Part shown: in pieces, positions 9,448 to 18,738 of the stretch
Numbering within the stretch: position 1 is the first letter of the stretch
How the letters are laid out: every line of letters starts with the position of its first letter
Origin: a virus
Lineage: Duplodnaviria; Heunggongvirae; Uroviricota; Caudoviricetes
Direction: 5' to 3' (one strand)
Virus record (IMG/VR): IMGVR_UViG_3300045988_076837
Span: 1-20,716 of that record
DNA: 20,716 nucleotides
Translations under genes and position numbers: made by a program
Notes under the pieces: generated by a model
What the model saw: the letters and a program-made list of their open reading frames with translations, nothing else
Database searches by the model: none
What the model was told of the DNA's origin: nothing

Positions 9448-10089
9448 ATGAACACTCTCGCAAATATTCAGGAACTCGCGCGCGCACTGCGCAACATGAT
9501 CCGCACCGGCCTTGTCGTCGAAACCGACCTTAACGCCGGTCGCTGCCGTGTGCAGACCGGCGGCATGTGCACCGACTGGCTTCAGTGGCTGACCCATCGC
9601 GCCGGACGTTCGCGCACATGGTGGGCGCCTTCCGTGGGGGAACAGGTTCTGATTCTGGCCGTGGGCGGTGAACTCGACACGGCGTTCGTTCTGCCGGGGA
9701 TTTATTCCGGTGATAACCCCGCGCCGTCTGCGTCGGCGGATGCCCTGCATATCCGTTTCCCTGACGGGGCGGTGATTGAGTATGAACCCGAAACCAGTGC
9801 ACTCACGGTAAGCGGAATTAAAACGGCCAGCGTGACGGCTTCTGATTCTGTTACCGCCACGGTGCCGGCGGTCATGGTGAAAGCATCAACCCGCGTCACC
9901 CTGGACACACCAGAGGTGGTCTGCACTAACAAACTGACTACCGGCACGCTGGAAGTGCAGAAGGGCGGGAAGATGCACGGCAACATCGAGCATACCGACG
10001 GGAAATTCACGTCTAACGGCGTTCAGGTGGATGACCACGGTCACGGTGGTGTTAAGTCAGGTGACAACTGGACGCAGGGGACAAAATGA
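9448..10089 (+). CDS. V: Baseplate central spike protein (P2 gpV-like)
   Basis: 213-aa ORF recognised as P2 V-like. The C-terminal HxH (DDHGHGG) is typical of spike tips. Confidence 0.9.
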   Translation: MNTLANIQELARALRNMIRTGLVVETDLNAGRCRVQTGGMCTDWLQWLTHRAGRSRTWWAPSVGEQVLILAVGGELDTAFVLPGIYSGDNPAPSASADALHIRFPDGAVIEYEPETSALTVSGIKTASVTASDSVTATVPAVMVKASTRVTLDTPEVVCTNKLTTGTLEVQKGGKMHGNIEHTDGKFTSNGVQVDDHGHGGVKSGDNWTQGTK

Positions 10090-10433
10090 CAGCGCGTTAT
10101 CTCGGAATGAATCGCAGTGATGGCCTGACTGTCACTGACCTTGAGCATATCAGCCAGAGTATCGGCGATATCCTGCGCACACCGGTCGGCTCGCGGGTGA
10201 TGCGTCGTGATTACGGCTCGTTGCTGGCGTCAATGATTGACCAGCCGCAGACCCCGGCGCTTGAGTTGCAGATTAAGGTCGCCTGTTACATGGCAGTGCT
10301 GAAATGGGAACCCCGCGTCACCCTGGCATCCGTCACCACGGCGCGCAGCTTTGACGGTCGAATGACAGTTACGTTAACCGGCCAGCATAACGACACCGGC
10401 CAGCCACTTTCGTTAACCATCCCTGTGAGTTGA
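10086..10433 (+). CDS. W: Baseplate wedge protein (P2 gpW-like, T4 gp25 family)
   Basis: 115-aa ORF whose start overlaps the V stop. Recognised as P2 W-like. Confidence 0.9.
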   Translation: MTARYLGMNRSDGLTVTDLEHISQSIGDILRTPVGSRVMRRDYGSLLASMIDQPQTPALELQIKVACYMAVLKWEPRVTLASVTTARSFDGRMTVTLTGQHNDTGQPLSLTIPVS

Positions 10434-10437
10434 AACC

Positions 10438-11346
10438 ATGCCGATTATCGACCTGAACCAGCTACCCGCACCGGATGTGGTTGAGGAGCTGGACTTTGAA
10501 ACCATTCTTGCCGAACGCAAGGCGACACTGATTTCCCTTTACCCGGAAGACCAGCAGGAGGCGGTCGCCCGTACCCTGACGCTGGAATCCGAGCCTCTCG
10601 TCAAACTGCTGGAGGAAAATGCTTATCGTGAGCTTATCTGGCGTCAGCGTGTGAATGAGGCCGCACGGGCAGTAATGCTGGCCTGTGCCGCCGGTAATGA
10701 CCTTGATGTGATTGGTGCCAATTACAACACCACGCGCCTGATTATCACCCCGGCAGATGATTCGACCATCCCGCCGACACCGGCAGTGATGGAGTCTGAC
10801 ACCGATTATCGTCTGCGTATTCAGCAGGCGTTTGAGGGCTTAAGCGTCGCCGGGTCGGTGGGAGCATATCAGTATCATGGTCGCAGTGCCGACGGGCGTG
10901 TCGCGGATATCTCTGTCACCAGTCCGTCTCCGGCCTGCGTCACCATCTCTGTGCTGTCACGTGAAAATAACGGCGTCGCATCCGAAGACCTGCTGGCTGT
11001 GGTACGTAACGCCCTGAATGGCGAGGATGTCAGGCCGGTGGCCGACCGCGTGACCGTGCAGTCTGCCGCCATCGTTGAATACCAGATAAACGCCACGCTT
11101 TACCTTTACCCTGGTCCCGAAAGCGAACCCATCCGCGCTGCCGCCGTGAAAAAACTGGAAGCGTATATCACGGCACAGCACCGGCTGGGGCGCGACATCC
11201 GTCTGTCTGCCATTTATGCCGCTTTGCATGTGGAAGGCGTGCAGCGTGTCGAACTGGCTGCACCACTGGCCGACATCGTGCTCAACAGTACGCAGGCGTC
11301 TTTCTGTACAGAATACCGCGTCGTGACCGGAGGCTCGGATGAGTGA
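10438..11346 (+). CDS. J: Baseplate wedge protein (P2 gpJ-like)
   Basis: 302-aa ORF recognised as P2 J-like. Synteny. Confidence 0.9.
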   Translation: MPIIDLNQLPAPDVVEELDFETILAERKATLISLYPEDQQEAVARTLTLESEPLVKLLEENAYRELIWRQRVNEAARAVMLACAAGNDLDVIGANYNTTRLIITPADDSTIPPTPAVMESDTDYRLRIQQAFEGLSVAGSVGAYQYHGRSADGRVADISVTSPSPACVTISVLSRENNGVASEDLLAVVRNALNGEDVRPVADRVTVQSAAIVEYQINATLYLYPGPESEPIRAAAVKKLEAYITAQHRLGRDIRLSAIYAALHVEGVQRVELAAPLADIVLNSTQASFCTEYRVVTGGSDE

Positions 11347-11869
11347 TTCGCGACTGCTGCCGACCGGTTCATCACCGCTTGAGGTTGCTGCTGCAAAAGC
11401 CTGTGCGGAAATTGAAAAAACGCCGGTCAGTATTCGTGAGCTGTGGAACCCGGACACCTGCCCGGCAAATCTGCTGCCGTGGCTGGCGTGGGCGTTTTCG
11501 GTCGACAGGTGGGATGAAAAGTGGCCGGAAGCGACAAAACGCGCCGTTATCCGCGATGCCTATTTCATCCACTGTCATAAAGGCACTATCGGCGCAATCC
11601 GGCGTGTGGTGGAGCCGCTCGGCTATCTCATTAACGTAAAGGAATGGTGGGAGACAAACGACCCGCCCGGAACCTTCCGCCTTGATATCGGCGTACTGGA
11701 AAGCGGCATCACGGAGGAGATGTATCTGGAAATGGAACGGCTGATTGCCGATGCCAAACCCGCAAGTCGCCACCTTATCGGTCTGAACATTATCCAGGAC
11801 ATTCCCGGCTGTCTGTATACAGGCGGTGTGGTCTGTGATGGTGATGTTATTACTGTTTATCCCGGATAA
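11339..11869 (+). CDS. I: Baseplate protein (P2 gpI-like)
   Basis: 176-aa ORF overlapping the J end. GGAGG RBS. Recognised as P2 I-like. Confidence 0.88.
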   Translation: MSDSRLLPTGSSPLEVAAAKACAEIEKTPVSIRELWNPDTCPANLLPWLAWAFSVDRWDEKWPEATKRAVIRDAYFIHCHKGTIGAIRRVVEPLGYLINVKEWWETNDPPGTFRLDIGVLESGITEEMYLEMERLIADAKPASRHLIGLNIIQDIPGCLYTGGVVCDGDVITVYPG

Positions 11870-11879
11870 GTGAGAAACA

Positions 11880-14492
11880 ATGAGCACGAAATTTAAAACC
11901 GTTATCACTACTGCCGGAGCCGCGAAGCTGGCAGCCGCCACTGTTCCCGGCGGGAAAAAAGTAAACCTGTCTGCAATGGCTGTGGGTGACGGTAATGGCC
12001 AATTGCCGGTGCCGGATGCCGGTCAGACGAAACTGGTGCATGAAGTCTGGCGTCATGCCCTGAATAAAGTCAGTGTGGATAACAAGAATAAAAACTATAT
12101 CGTGGCTGAACTGGTTGTTCCGCCAGAAGTGGGCGGCTTCTGGATGCGTGAGCTTGGTCTGTATGACGATGCCGGAACACTGATTGCGGTATCCAACATG
12201 GCAGAAAGCTATAAGCCAGAACTGGCTGAAGGCTCCGGACGTGCGCAGACCTGCCGCATGGTTATTATTCTCAGCAACGTGGCGTCCGTTGAGCTGAGTA
12301 TTGATGCCAGCACAGTGATGGCGACGCAGGATTACGTCGATGACAAAATCGCAGAGCATGAGCAGTCCCGCCGCCATCCTGACGCCACGCTGACAGAAAA
12401 AGGTTTTACTCAGTTAAGCAGTGCAACAACCAGCACCAGTGAGTCATTGGCGGCAACGCCAAAAGCGGTCAAGGCAGCAAATGACAACGCAAATTCACGT
12501 CTGGCGAAAAATCAGAATGGTGCAGATATCCAGGATAAATCAGCTTTTCTGGACAATGTTGGCGTTACCAGCCTGACGTTTATGAAAAACAACGGCGAAA
12601 TGCCGGTTGATGCTGATCTGAATACATTTGGTCCTGTTAAGGCTTATTCAGGTATCTGGTCTAAAGCAACGTCCACCAACGCAACACTGGAGAAAAATTT
12701 CCCGGAAGATAATGCTGTCGGTGTGCTTGAGGTTTTTGCTGGCGGCAATTTTGCAGGCACGCAACGCTATACCACACGTGACGGAAATTTGTATATCCGC
12801 AAACTCATTGGAACATGGAATGGTAATGATGGACCATGGGGAGCATGGCGCCATGTTCAGGCTGTAACGCGTGCTCTAAGTACGACCATTGACCTTAACT
12901 CTCTCGGTGGCGCAGAACATTTAGGTTTATGGAGAAACAGCAGTTCAGCAATAGCTTCTTTTGAACGACATTACCCTGAGCAGGGAGGAGACGCGCAGGG
13001 CATTCTGGAAATTTTCGAAGGTGGGCTATATGGACGCACGCAGCGTTATACAACCCGTAACGGGACTATGTATATTCGCGGCCTGACAGCCAAATGGGAT
13101 GCAGAAAATCCACAGTGGGAAGACTGGATCCAAATTGGTTATCAGACCAGTAGTACCTTCTATGAGGATGACCTGGATGATTTGATGTCTCCGGGTATTT
13201 ACAGTGTGACAGGCAAAGCGACCCACACCCCAATCCAGGGGCAGTCTGGTTTTCTGGAAGTCATCAGGCGCAAGGATGGTGTCTATGTTTTGCAACGTTA
13301 CACGACCACAGGAACCAGCGCAGCTACAAAAGACCGTTTATATGAGCGAGTTTTTCTTGGTGGCTCATTTAACGCGTGGGGGGAGTGGCGACAGATTTAT
13401 AACTCAAACTCTTTGCCGTTAGAGTTGGGTATCGGTGGCGCAGTGGCAAAACTCACCAGCCTGGACTGGCAGACATACGATTTTGTGCCGGGCAGTCTGA
13501 TAACCGTTCGGCTTGATAATATGACCAACATTCCCGACGGTATGGACTGGGGCGTCATTGATGGCAACCTGATAAACATCGCAGTTGGTCCGAGTGATGA
13601 TTCCGGTACGGGGCGCTCAATGCATGTATGGCGCAGCACTGTAAGTAAAGCGAACTACCGCTTTTTTATGGTGCGTATTTCAGGAAATCCGGGAAGCCGC
13701 ACGATCACGACAAGACGTGTGCCAATTATCGACGAAGCTCAGACATGGGGCGCGAAACAGACATTCAGTGCTGGCCTTTCTGGCGAACTGTCCGGCAATG
13801 CGGCTACAGCTACAAAGCTGAAAACGCCAAGGACAATTAACGGCGTAAAATTTGACGGCTCGGCAAATATTGAAGCGTTTCCGCCAGGTGTTCCGCTGCC
13901 GTGGCCATCAGATACACCACCTGCAGGCTATGCGATCATGCAGGGGCAGACGTTTGATAAGGCTGCATATCCGAAACTGGCTATTGCCTATCCTTCTGGT
14001 GTTATTCCTGATATGCGCGGCTGGACAATCAAGGGCAAACCCGCCAGTGGGCGTGCCGTATTGTCACAGGAACAGGACGGGATTAAATCGCATACTCACA
14101 GCGCCAGTGCGTCAAATACGGACTTAGGAACGAAAACGACCAGTTCATTTGATTACGGGACAAAAACAGTCAGTACGTTTAACCACGGCACGAAATCAAC
14201 CAATACTTCTGGCAATCATACACATACCGTCGGTTTTGCTGTGAGCGTGCAATCAGGCGGTGCAGATTATGGTGTTCCGCGAAGTGATAAAGGTGCTACG
14301 ACTACAAGTTCATCAGGCAATCATGCACATACAGTCGACATTGGAGCACATAACCATACTGTTGGTATTGGTGCACATTCACACACTGTTGCTATTGGCT
14401 CACACGGGCATTCCATTACCGTAAATGCTACTGGTAATACCGAAAACACCGTCAAAAACATCGCATTTAACTATATTGTGAGGCTTGCATAA
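11880..14492 (+). CDS. H: Tail fiber protein (P2 gpH-like, mosaic with a long divergent C-terminal part)
   Basis: 870-aa ORF. The N-terminal part ([27 protein letters not shown]...) is recognisably H-like. The distal part contains three tandem repeats of about 45 aa and a His-x-His-rich C-terminus. It is followed by G, whose start overlaps its stop. Confidence 0.9.
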   Translation: MSTKFKTVITTAGAAKLAAATVPGGKKVNLSAMAVGDGNGQLPVPDAGQTKLVHEVWRHALNKVSVDNKNKNYIVAELVVPPEVGGFWMRELGLYDDAGTLIAVSNMAESYKPELAEGSGRAQTCRMVIILSNVASVELSIDASTVMATQDYVDDKIAEHEQSRRHPDATLTEKGFTQLSSATTSTSESLAATPKAVKAANDNANSRLAKNQNGADIQDKSAFLDNVGVTSLTFMKNNGEMPVDADLNTFGPVKAYSGIWSKATSTNATLEKNFPEDNAVGVLEVFAGGNFAGTQRYTTRDGNLYIRKLIGTWNGNDGPWGAWRHVQAVTRALSTTIDLNSLGGAEHLGLWRNSSSAIASFERHYPEQGGDAQGILEIFEGGLYGRTQRYTTRNGTMYIRGLTAKWDAENPQWEDWIQIGYQTSSTFYEDDLDDLMSPGIYSVTGKATHTPIQGQSGFLEVIRRKDGVYVLQRYTTTGTSAATKDRLYERVFLGGSFNAWGEWRQIYNSNSLPLELGIGGAVAKLTSLDWQTYDFVPGSLITVRLDNMTNIPDGMDWGVIDGNLINIAVGPSDDSGTGRSMHVWRSTVSKANYRFFMVRISGNPGSRTITTRRVPIIDEAQTWGAKQTFSAGLSGELSGNAATATKLKTPRTINGVKFDGSANIEAFPPGVPLPWPSDTPPAGYAIMQGQTFDKAAYPKLAIAYPSGVIPDMRGWTIKGKPASGRAVLSQEQDGIKSHTHSASASNTDLGTKTTSSFDYGTKTVSTFNHGTKSTNTSGNHTHTVGFAVSVQSGGADYGVPRSDKGATTTSSSGNHAHTVDIGAHNHTVGIGAHSHTVAIGSHGHSITVNATGNTENTVKNIAFNYIVRLA
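12720..13398 (+). repeat. Three tandem, degenerate repeats of about 45 codons inside H (protein-level repeat)
   Basis: [94 protein letters not shown] and [50 protein letters not shown] share the pattern G-x-LE-[VI]-x(6-8)-QRYTT-x(3-12)-Y-x-R-x(6-8)-W-x(3)-W. Confidence 0.6.
14211..14425 (+). repeat. His-x-His repeat tract at the C-terminal tip of H
   Basis: GNHTHTV...[36 protein letters not shown], with matching near-repeats at the nucleotide level. Such HxH arrays form metal-binding interdigitated tips in phage long tail fibres, for example T4 gp37. Confidence 0.55.
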
Positions 14493-15070
14493 TGGCTTTC
14501 AGAATGAGTGCAGAAGCACAAACTATCCGCGTTTTCAATTTACTTGATGGAACCAATGAGTTTATTGGCGAAAGTGATGCATATATTCCGCCGTATACTG
14601 GCCTGCCTGCAAACAGTACAGATATTGCACCACCTGATATTCCTGCTGGTTATGCAGCCGTTTTCAATGCAGATGAAATGAAATGGGAGTTGATGGAAGA
14701 TCATCGCGGAAAGACTGTCTACGAAACGAAAATGGGAGCAGCCATTTATATTTCTGAACTTGGCGCATTACCTCCAGACGTGACAGCCATTTCCCCGGAG
14801 GGGGATTATCAGAAATGGAACGGAAATGCGTGGGTGAATGATGAGAATGCAGAGCGTGATGCACTTGTCAGAGCGGCTGAGTCTCAGAAGAAAGAGCAGA
14901 TTGCATATGCAGGTGAAATCATTGCCATGCTGCAGGATGCTGTCGATTTAGATATGGCTACCGAGGAAGAAAAGTTAAGCCTGACACACTGGAAAAAATA
15001 CCGTGTGCTGCTTAATCGCGTTCAGCCGGAAAATGCTCCGGATATAGAATGGCCTGAAATGCCGCAATAA
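14492..15070 (+). CDS. G: Tail fiber assembly chaperone (P2 gpG-like)
   Basis: 192-aa ORF whose start overlaps the H stop. Position and size match P2 G. Composition is AT-richer than the backbone, like the distal part of H. Confidence 0.85.
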   Translation: MAFRMSAEAQTIRVFNLLDGTNEFIGESDAYIPPYTGLPANSTDIAPPDIPAGYAAVFNADEMKWELMEDHRGKTVYETKMGAAIYISELGALPPDVTAISPEGDYQKWNGNAWVNDENAERDALVRAAESQKKEQIAYAGEIIAMLQDAVDLDMATEEEKLSLTHWKKYRVLLNRVQPENAPDIEWPEMPQ

Positions 15071-15382
15071 ATTGTATAAGCTCTGATGTGAGTTTATACA
15101 TCTATGGCACAGAGTAAAAACTAATCTGGCAGTCCGCTCTGTGCCAATTGCAGACGTTGTTGCACTGCAAAAATATCTTGTCCGGATCAAGGTATCGCCA
15201 CCACTTGTTAGGTGGATTAATCCGTATTTATAACAAATACAATTCCCGGCTGTACCTATAAGCTGTTGTCAGTTATACAAAAGCGATGTAGTGTTCCACA
15301 CATTAAATTTACAAACGTGGAAAAGTCCGTGTTTAGATACAGATTTTTCCGCTGAATAACCGCATATTTCCAAAGGTTTATC
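15071..15382 (+). promoter_or_regulatory. AT-rich non-coding leader of the cargo gene, with repeated motifs and candidate promoter elements
   Basis: 312 bp with no ORF. It has two copies of TATAAGCT-N-TTATACA (15075-15100 and 15257-15279), a 9-bp inverted repeat (15106-15114 / 15137-15145) and weak sigma70-like hexamers before the ATG at 15383. Exact promoter not determined. Confidence 0.3.
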
Positions 15383-16348
15383 ATGAGTAAGTGGCTATTA
15401 GACAGGCTATTTGAAGCCGGTGATCAGGCAGAGCCCCGGTTTGCGTTTCAGGGGACTGTAAATTGGATGAGGGCCCTTGCCGAAGTCGTTAACGGTGGCG
15501 CTTGTGCCGATGATAAACTAAATGATTTATATGCTCGGGTACAACGTAGACCTGTCAATCGTGAAGCTGATACGCTTGTGTTTGAGAACACAATGATGGC
15601 CTTACATAATCTGTCATCTTTGAAAAGTATGAATAAAGATGTCGAAGATAAATATGACATATGTCGTTCAGCTATTATTTCTTGGTATTACAGTATCTAT
15701 TTTTCCGCTAGCGCGATGGTTGCAGCATCTTCTGGTTCTATTCAAGAGACACATACAGCCACAGCAAAAGTTTGGCAGTCAGATATCGCGGAAAAAGAAC
15801 TTATCCCATATCCATTTAATCTTCTTCTAACTAGTTTAGTTTCAAACACTGCTGATGCCGAGATTGCTGCATATAGAGGTGCTAACCGTTTCGACCTGAA
15901 TGATAGAGCTTATGATAATGAAACTGCTCATGGTGCACTGGTTTCCTATCTAAAGGGGACTCATGGCTACAAAAAGTGGGAAACAGAAGAGAGGGTGAGA
16001 ACTTCTCGTGATTTCAAAGCTCTTGGTGTTGACAACTTTCGCACGAAAGCTGCTCGCGAAGTTCGCGATCACGCACTAGAAAAAGGACAAGTTAATTTCC
16101 TTATTCAGGCATTTAGATACCGTGGTAAAGCGAACTATCGTGACTCTATATTTTTATCCTACGGTGACAACAACGAAGCTATTATAGAAGAATTTATCCA
16201 AGATTTGTATGACGTCGCTATTGGCTTCATTAGGGCTACTTCGCATTATTGCAGTCGAAGAGTCGAGAGAGGTACGTGGGCTGAGTTTGTCGAGGATATT
16301 TCTGATAACTCAAGGTTGTCTATTGACTCTGTCGTGCTTGAAATATAA
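15383..16348 (+). CDS. Hypothetical protein, 321 aa, cargo (moron) gene at the G/FI hotspot; function unknown, candidate anti-phage or exclusion protein
   Basis: Clean 966-nt ORF in a visibly AT-rich island, flanked by non-coding DNA on both sides and followed by terminator hairpins. Its composition and codon usage differ from the flanking phage genes. It occupies the position of P2 Z/fun. I recognise no family. Confidence 0.8.
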   Translation: MSKWLLDRLFEAGDQAEPRFAFQGTVNWMRALAEVVNGGACADDKLNDLYARVQRRPVNREADTLVFENTMMALHNLSSLKSMNKDVEDKYDICRSAIISWYYSIYFSASAMVAASSGSIQETHTATAKVWQSDIAEKELIPYPFNLLLTSLVSNTADAEIAAYRGANRFDLNDRAYDNETAHGALVSYLKGTHGYKKWETEERVRTSRDFKALGVDNFRTKAAREVRDHALEKGQVNFLIQAFRYRGKANYRDSIFLSYGDNNEAIIEEFIQDLYDVAIGFIRATSHYCSRRVERGTWAEFVEDISDNSRLSIDSVVLEI

Positions 16349-16556
16349 CAAACAATTTAAGAATGGCTCAGCACGCTTGGCATTTTCAGTTTGGTTCAAA
16401 TTTAGTGATTAAGGTATTCAAATTGAGTATGGTGAATACGTGCTTCACACTTTAATTGGGCGTTAATGCCCGCTTTTCGCTCAAAGCAGACTGTCAGATT
16501 TAATAGCGTTTTGATTATGTAACTTGTCAGTTGGAAGCTGAGTGAGAACAAATCAA

Positions 16557-16590
16557 GGCAGGCGGGCTGATTGCCCGCCTTTTCTTTATC
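16557..16590 (+). terminator. Rho-independent terminator closing the cargo transcription unit
   Basis: GC-rich hairpin ggcgggc (16561-16567) / gcccgcc (16573-16579) with a 5-nt loop, followed by ttttctttatc. A weaker hairpin plus T-run lies at 16458-16477. Confidence 0.6.
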
Positions 16591-16684
16591 TGTTGTTTCA
16601 TCCACTGGCCAGCCAGGTCAAATAGCGCCTCATGCCCTGCACAACTGAAAATACCACTCACCCATTAACCACGGAGTTAAACGG
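16591..16684 (+). promoter_or_regulatory. Candidate late promoter region upstream of FI
   Basis: Lies between the terminator and the FI start. It contains ctgttgtttca (16590-16600), similar to the motif in the P/O spacer. P2 has a late promoter at this position. Confidence 0.35.
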
Positions 16685-17875
16685 ATGAGTGATTATCATC
16701 ACGGTGTGCAGGTGCTGGAGATTAACGACGGCACCCGCGTCATTTCCACCGTATCCACTGCCATTGTCGGCATGGTCTGCACGGCCAGCGATGCGGATGC
16801 GGAAACCTTCCCCCTCAATAAACCGGTGCTGATTACCAATGTGCAGAGTGCGATTGCAAAGGCCGGTAAAAAAGGCACGCTGGCGGCGTCGTTGCAGGCC
16901 ATCGCTGACCAGTCAAAACCGGTCACCGTTGTTGTGCGCGTGGAAGACGGCACCGGCGACGACGAAGAAACGAAACTTGCGCAGACCGTTTCCAATATCA
17001 TCGGCACCACTGACGAAAACGGTCAGTACACCGGACTGAAAGCCCTGATGGGGGCTGAGTCGGTTACCGGCGTTAAACCGCGCATTCTTGGTGTGCCGGG
17101 GCTGGACACCAAAGAGGTTGCCGTCGCACTGGCATCGGTATGCCAGGAACTGAATGCATTCGGGTATATCAGCGCATGGGGCTGTAAAACCATTTCCGAG
17201 GTGAAAGCCTACCGCCAGAATTTCAGCCAGCGTGAGCTGATGGTCATCTGGCCGGATTTCCTCGCATGGGATACGGTTACCAGTACCACCGCCACCGCGT
17301 ATGCCACCGCCCGTGCGCTGGGGCTGCGCGCTAAAATCGACCAGGAGCAGGGCTGGCATAAAACGCTGTCCAACGTCGGGGTAAACGGTGTTACCGGCAT
17401 CAGCGCATCTGTATTCTGGGATTTGCAGAAGTCTGGCACTGATGCTGACCTGCTGAACGAGGCAGGCGTCACAACGCTGGTTCGCCGCGACGGTTTCCGT
17501 TTCTGGGGTAACCGTACCTGCTCCGATGACCCACTGTTCCTCTTTGAAAGCTACACACGCACCGCGCAGGTACTGGCTGACACGATGGCTGAGGCGCACA
17601 TGTGGGCTATTGATAAGCCCATCACCGCAACACTGATTCGCGACATCATTGATGGCATCAATGCCAAATTCCGCGAACTGAAAAGCAACGGTTATATCGT
17701 GGATGGCACATGCTGGTTCAGTGAAGAATCCAACGATGCGGAAACCCTCAAGGCCGGAAAACTGTATATCGACTACGACTATACCCCGGTGCCTCCCCTC
17801 GAAAACCTGACCCTGCGCCAGCGTATTACTTCTAGATACCTGGCAAGTCTGGTCACCTCGGTTAACAGCAATTAA
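16685..17875 (+). CDS. FI: Tail sheath protein (P2 gpFI-like)
   Basis: 396-aa ORF recognised as contractile tail sheath protein. GGAG RBS. Followed by the tube gene. Confidence 0.93.
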   Translation: MSDYHHGVQVLEINDGTRVISTVSTAIVGMVCTASDADAETFPLNKPVLITNVQSAIAKAGKKGTLAASLQAIADQSKPVTVVVRVEDGTGDDEETKLAQTVSNIIGTTDENGQYTGLKALMGAESVTGVKPRILGVPGLDTKEVAVALASVCQELNAFGYISAWGCKTISEVKAYRQNFSQRELMVIWPDFLAWDTVTSTTATAYATARALGLRAKIDQEQGWHKTLSNVGVNGVTGISASVFWDLQKSGTDADLLNEAGVTTLVRRDGFRFWGNRTCSDDPLFLFESYTRTAQVLADTMAEAHMWAIDKPITATLIRDIIDGINAKFRELKSNGYIVDGTCWFSEESNDAETLKAGKLYIDYDYTPVPPLENLTLRQRITSRYLASLVTSVNSN

Positions 17876-17887
17876 GGAGCCTGACCG

Positions 17888-18406
17888 ATGGCAATGCCGC
17901 GCAAACTCAAATACATGAATGTCTTTCTGAACGGCTACAGCTATCAGGGCGTTGCAAATTCCGTCACGCTGCCAAAACTGACCCGTAAGCTCGAAAATTA
18001 TCGCGGTGCGGGAATGAACGGCAGCGCACCGGTAGACCTCGGCCTTGATGATGATGCGCTGTCAATGGAGTGGTCGCTCGGTGGATTCCCGGATTCGGTT
18101 ATCTGGGAGCTTTACGCTGCAACCAGTGCTGATGCCGTACCGATTCGTTTTGCTGGTTCTTACCAGCGCGACGATACCGGCGAAACGGTGGCCGTCGAAG
18201 TGGTCATGCGTGGGCGTCAGAAAGAAGTCGACACCGGAGAGGGTAAACAGGGAGAGGATACCGAATCGAAACTCCCGGTGATTTGTACTTATTTCCGGCT
18301 GACGATGGACGGTAAGGAGCTGGTCGAAATCGACACCATCAACATGATTGAGAAGGTGAACGGCGTCGACCGGCTGGAGCAACACCGCCGCAATATCGGC
18401 CTGTGA
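17888..18406 (+). CDS. FII: Tail tube protein (P2 gpFII-like)
   Basis: 172-aa ORF with a strong AAGGAG RBS. Position after the sheath gene. Confidence 0.92.
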   Translation: MAMPRKLKYMNVFLNGYSYQGVANSVTLPKLTRKLENYRGAGMNGSAPVDLGLDDDALSMEWSLGGFPDSVIWELYAATSADAVPIRFAGSYQRDDTGETVAVEVVMRGRQKEVDTGEGKQGEDTESKLPVICTYFRLTMDGKELVEIDTINMIEKVNGVDRLEQHRRNIGL

Positions 18407-18462
18407 TTTTCATCCGGTCAGCCTGGCTGACCGGTTAACCCTGATTCAGAAGTGAGAAAACC

Positions 18463-18738
18463 ATGAACAAAGAAAATGTGATTACCCTGGACAATCCGGT
18501 CAAGCGTGGTGAGCAGGTTATCGAACAGGTCACGCTGATGAAACCCAATGCCGGGACGCTGCGCGGTGTCAGTCTGGCAGCGGTCGCGAACTCCGAAGTC
18601 GATGCACTGATTAAGGTGCTGCCGCGCATGACGGCACCGATGCTGACCGAGCAGGAAGTTGCCGCGCTGGAACTGCCTGACCTTGTGGCGCTGGCCGGTA
18701 AGGTGGTCGGTTTTTTGTCGCCGAACTCGGTGCAGTGA
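18463..18738 (+). CDS. E: Tail assembly chaperone (P2 gpE-like)
   Basis: 91-aa ORF between the tube and tape-measure genes. It contains a T-TTT-TTG slippery heptamer near its 3' end. Confidence 0.87.
   Translation: MNKENVITLDNPVKRGEQVIEQVTLMKPNAGTLRGVSLAAVANSEVDALIKVLPRMTAPMLTEQEVAALELPDLVALAGKVVGFLSPNSVQ

Noticed and set aside
3540-14127. Antisense and alternative-frame ORFs within the O to H genes (for example 3540-3998, 5318-5917, 5965-6324, 6209-6655, 7351-7902, 9262-9750, 9702-10010, 10957-11457, 11372-11941, 11850-12377, 13852-14127)
   Set aside because: Same reasoning. Each is fully covered by a better-supported structural or lysis gene in another frame.
14211-14425. Possible CRISPR-like or simple-sequence repeat in the H 3' region
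   Set aside because: The periodicity is at the codon level (HxH and GTK motifs) inside an open reading frame, with no spacer-repeat architecture. It is a protein repeat, not a CRISPR array.
16402-16605. Minus-strand 67-aa ORF in the spacer between the cargo gene and FI
   Set aside because: It spans the terminator hairpins, has no obvious RBS and would be transcribed against both flanking units. Most likely non-coding, though a small antisense gene cannot be excluded without expression data.
15071-16684. The island as an insertion sequence or transposon
   Set aside because: No transposase-like ORF, no long terminal inverted repeats and no obvious target-site duplication. The architecture fits a phage moron acquired by recombination.
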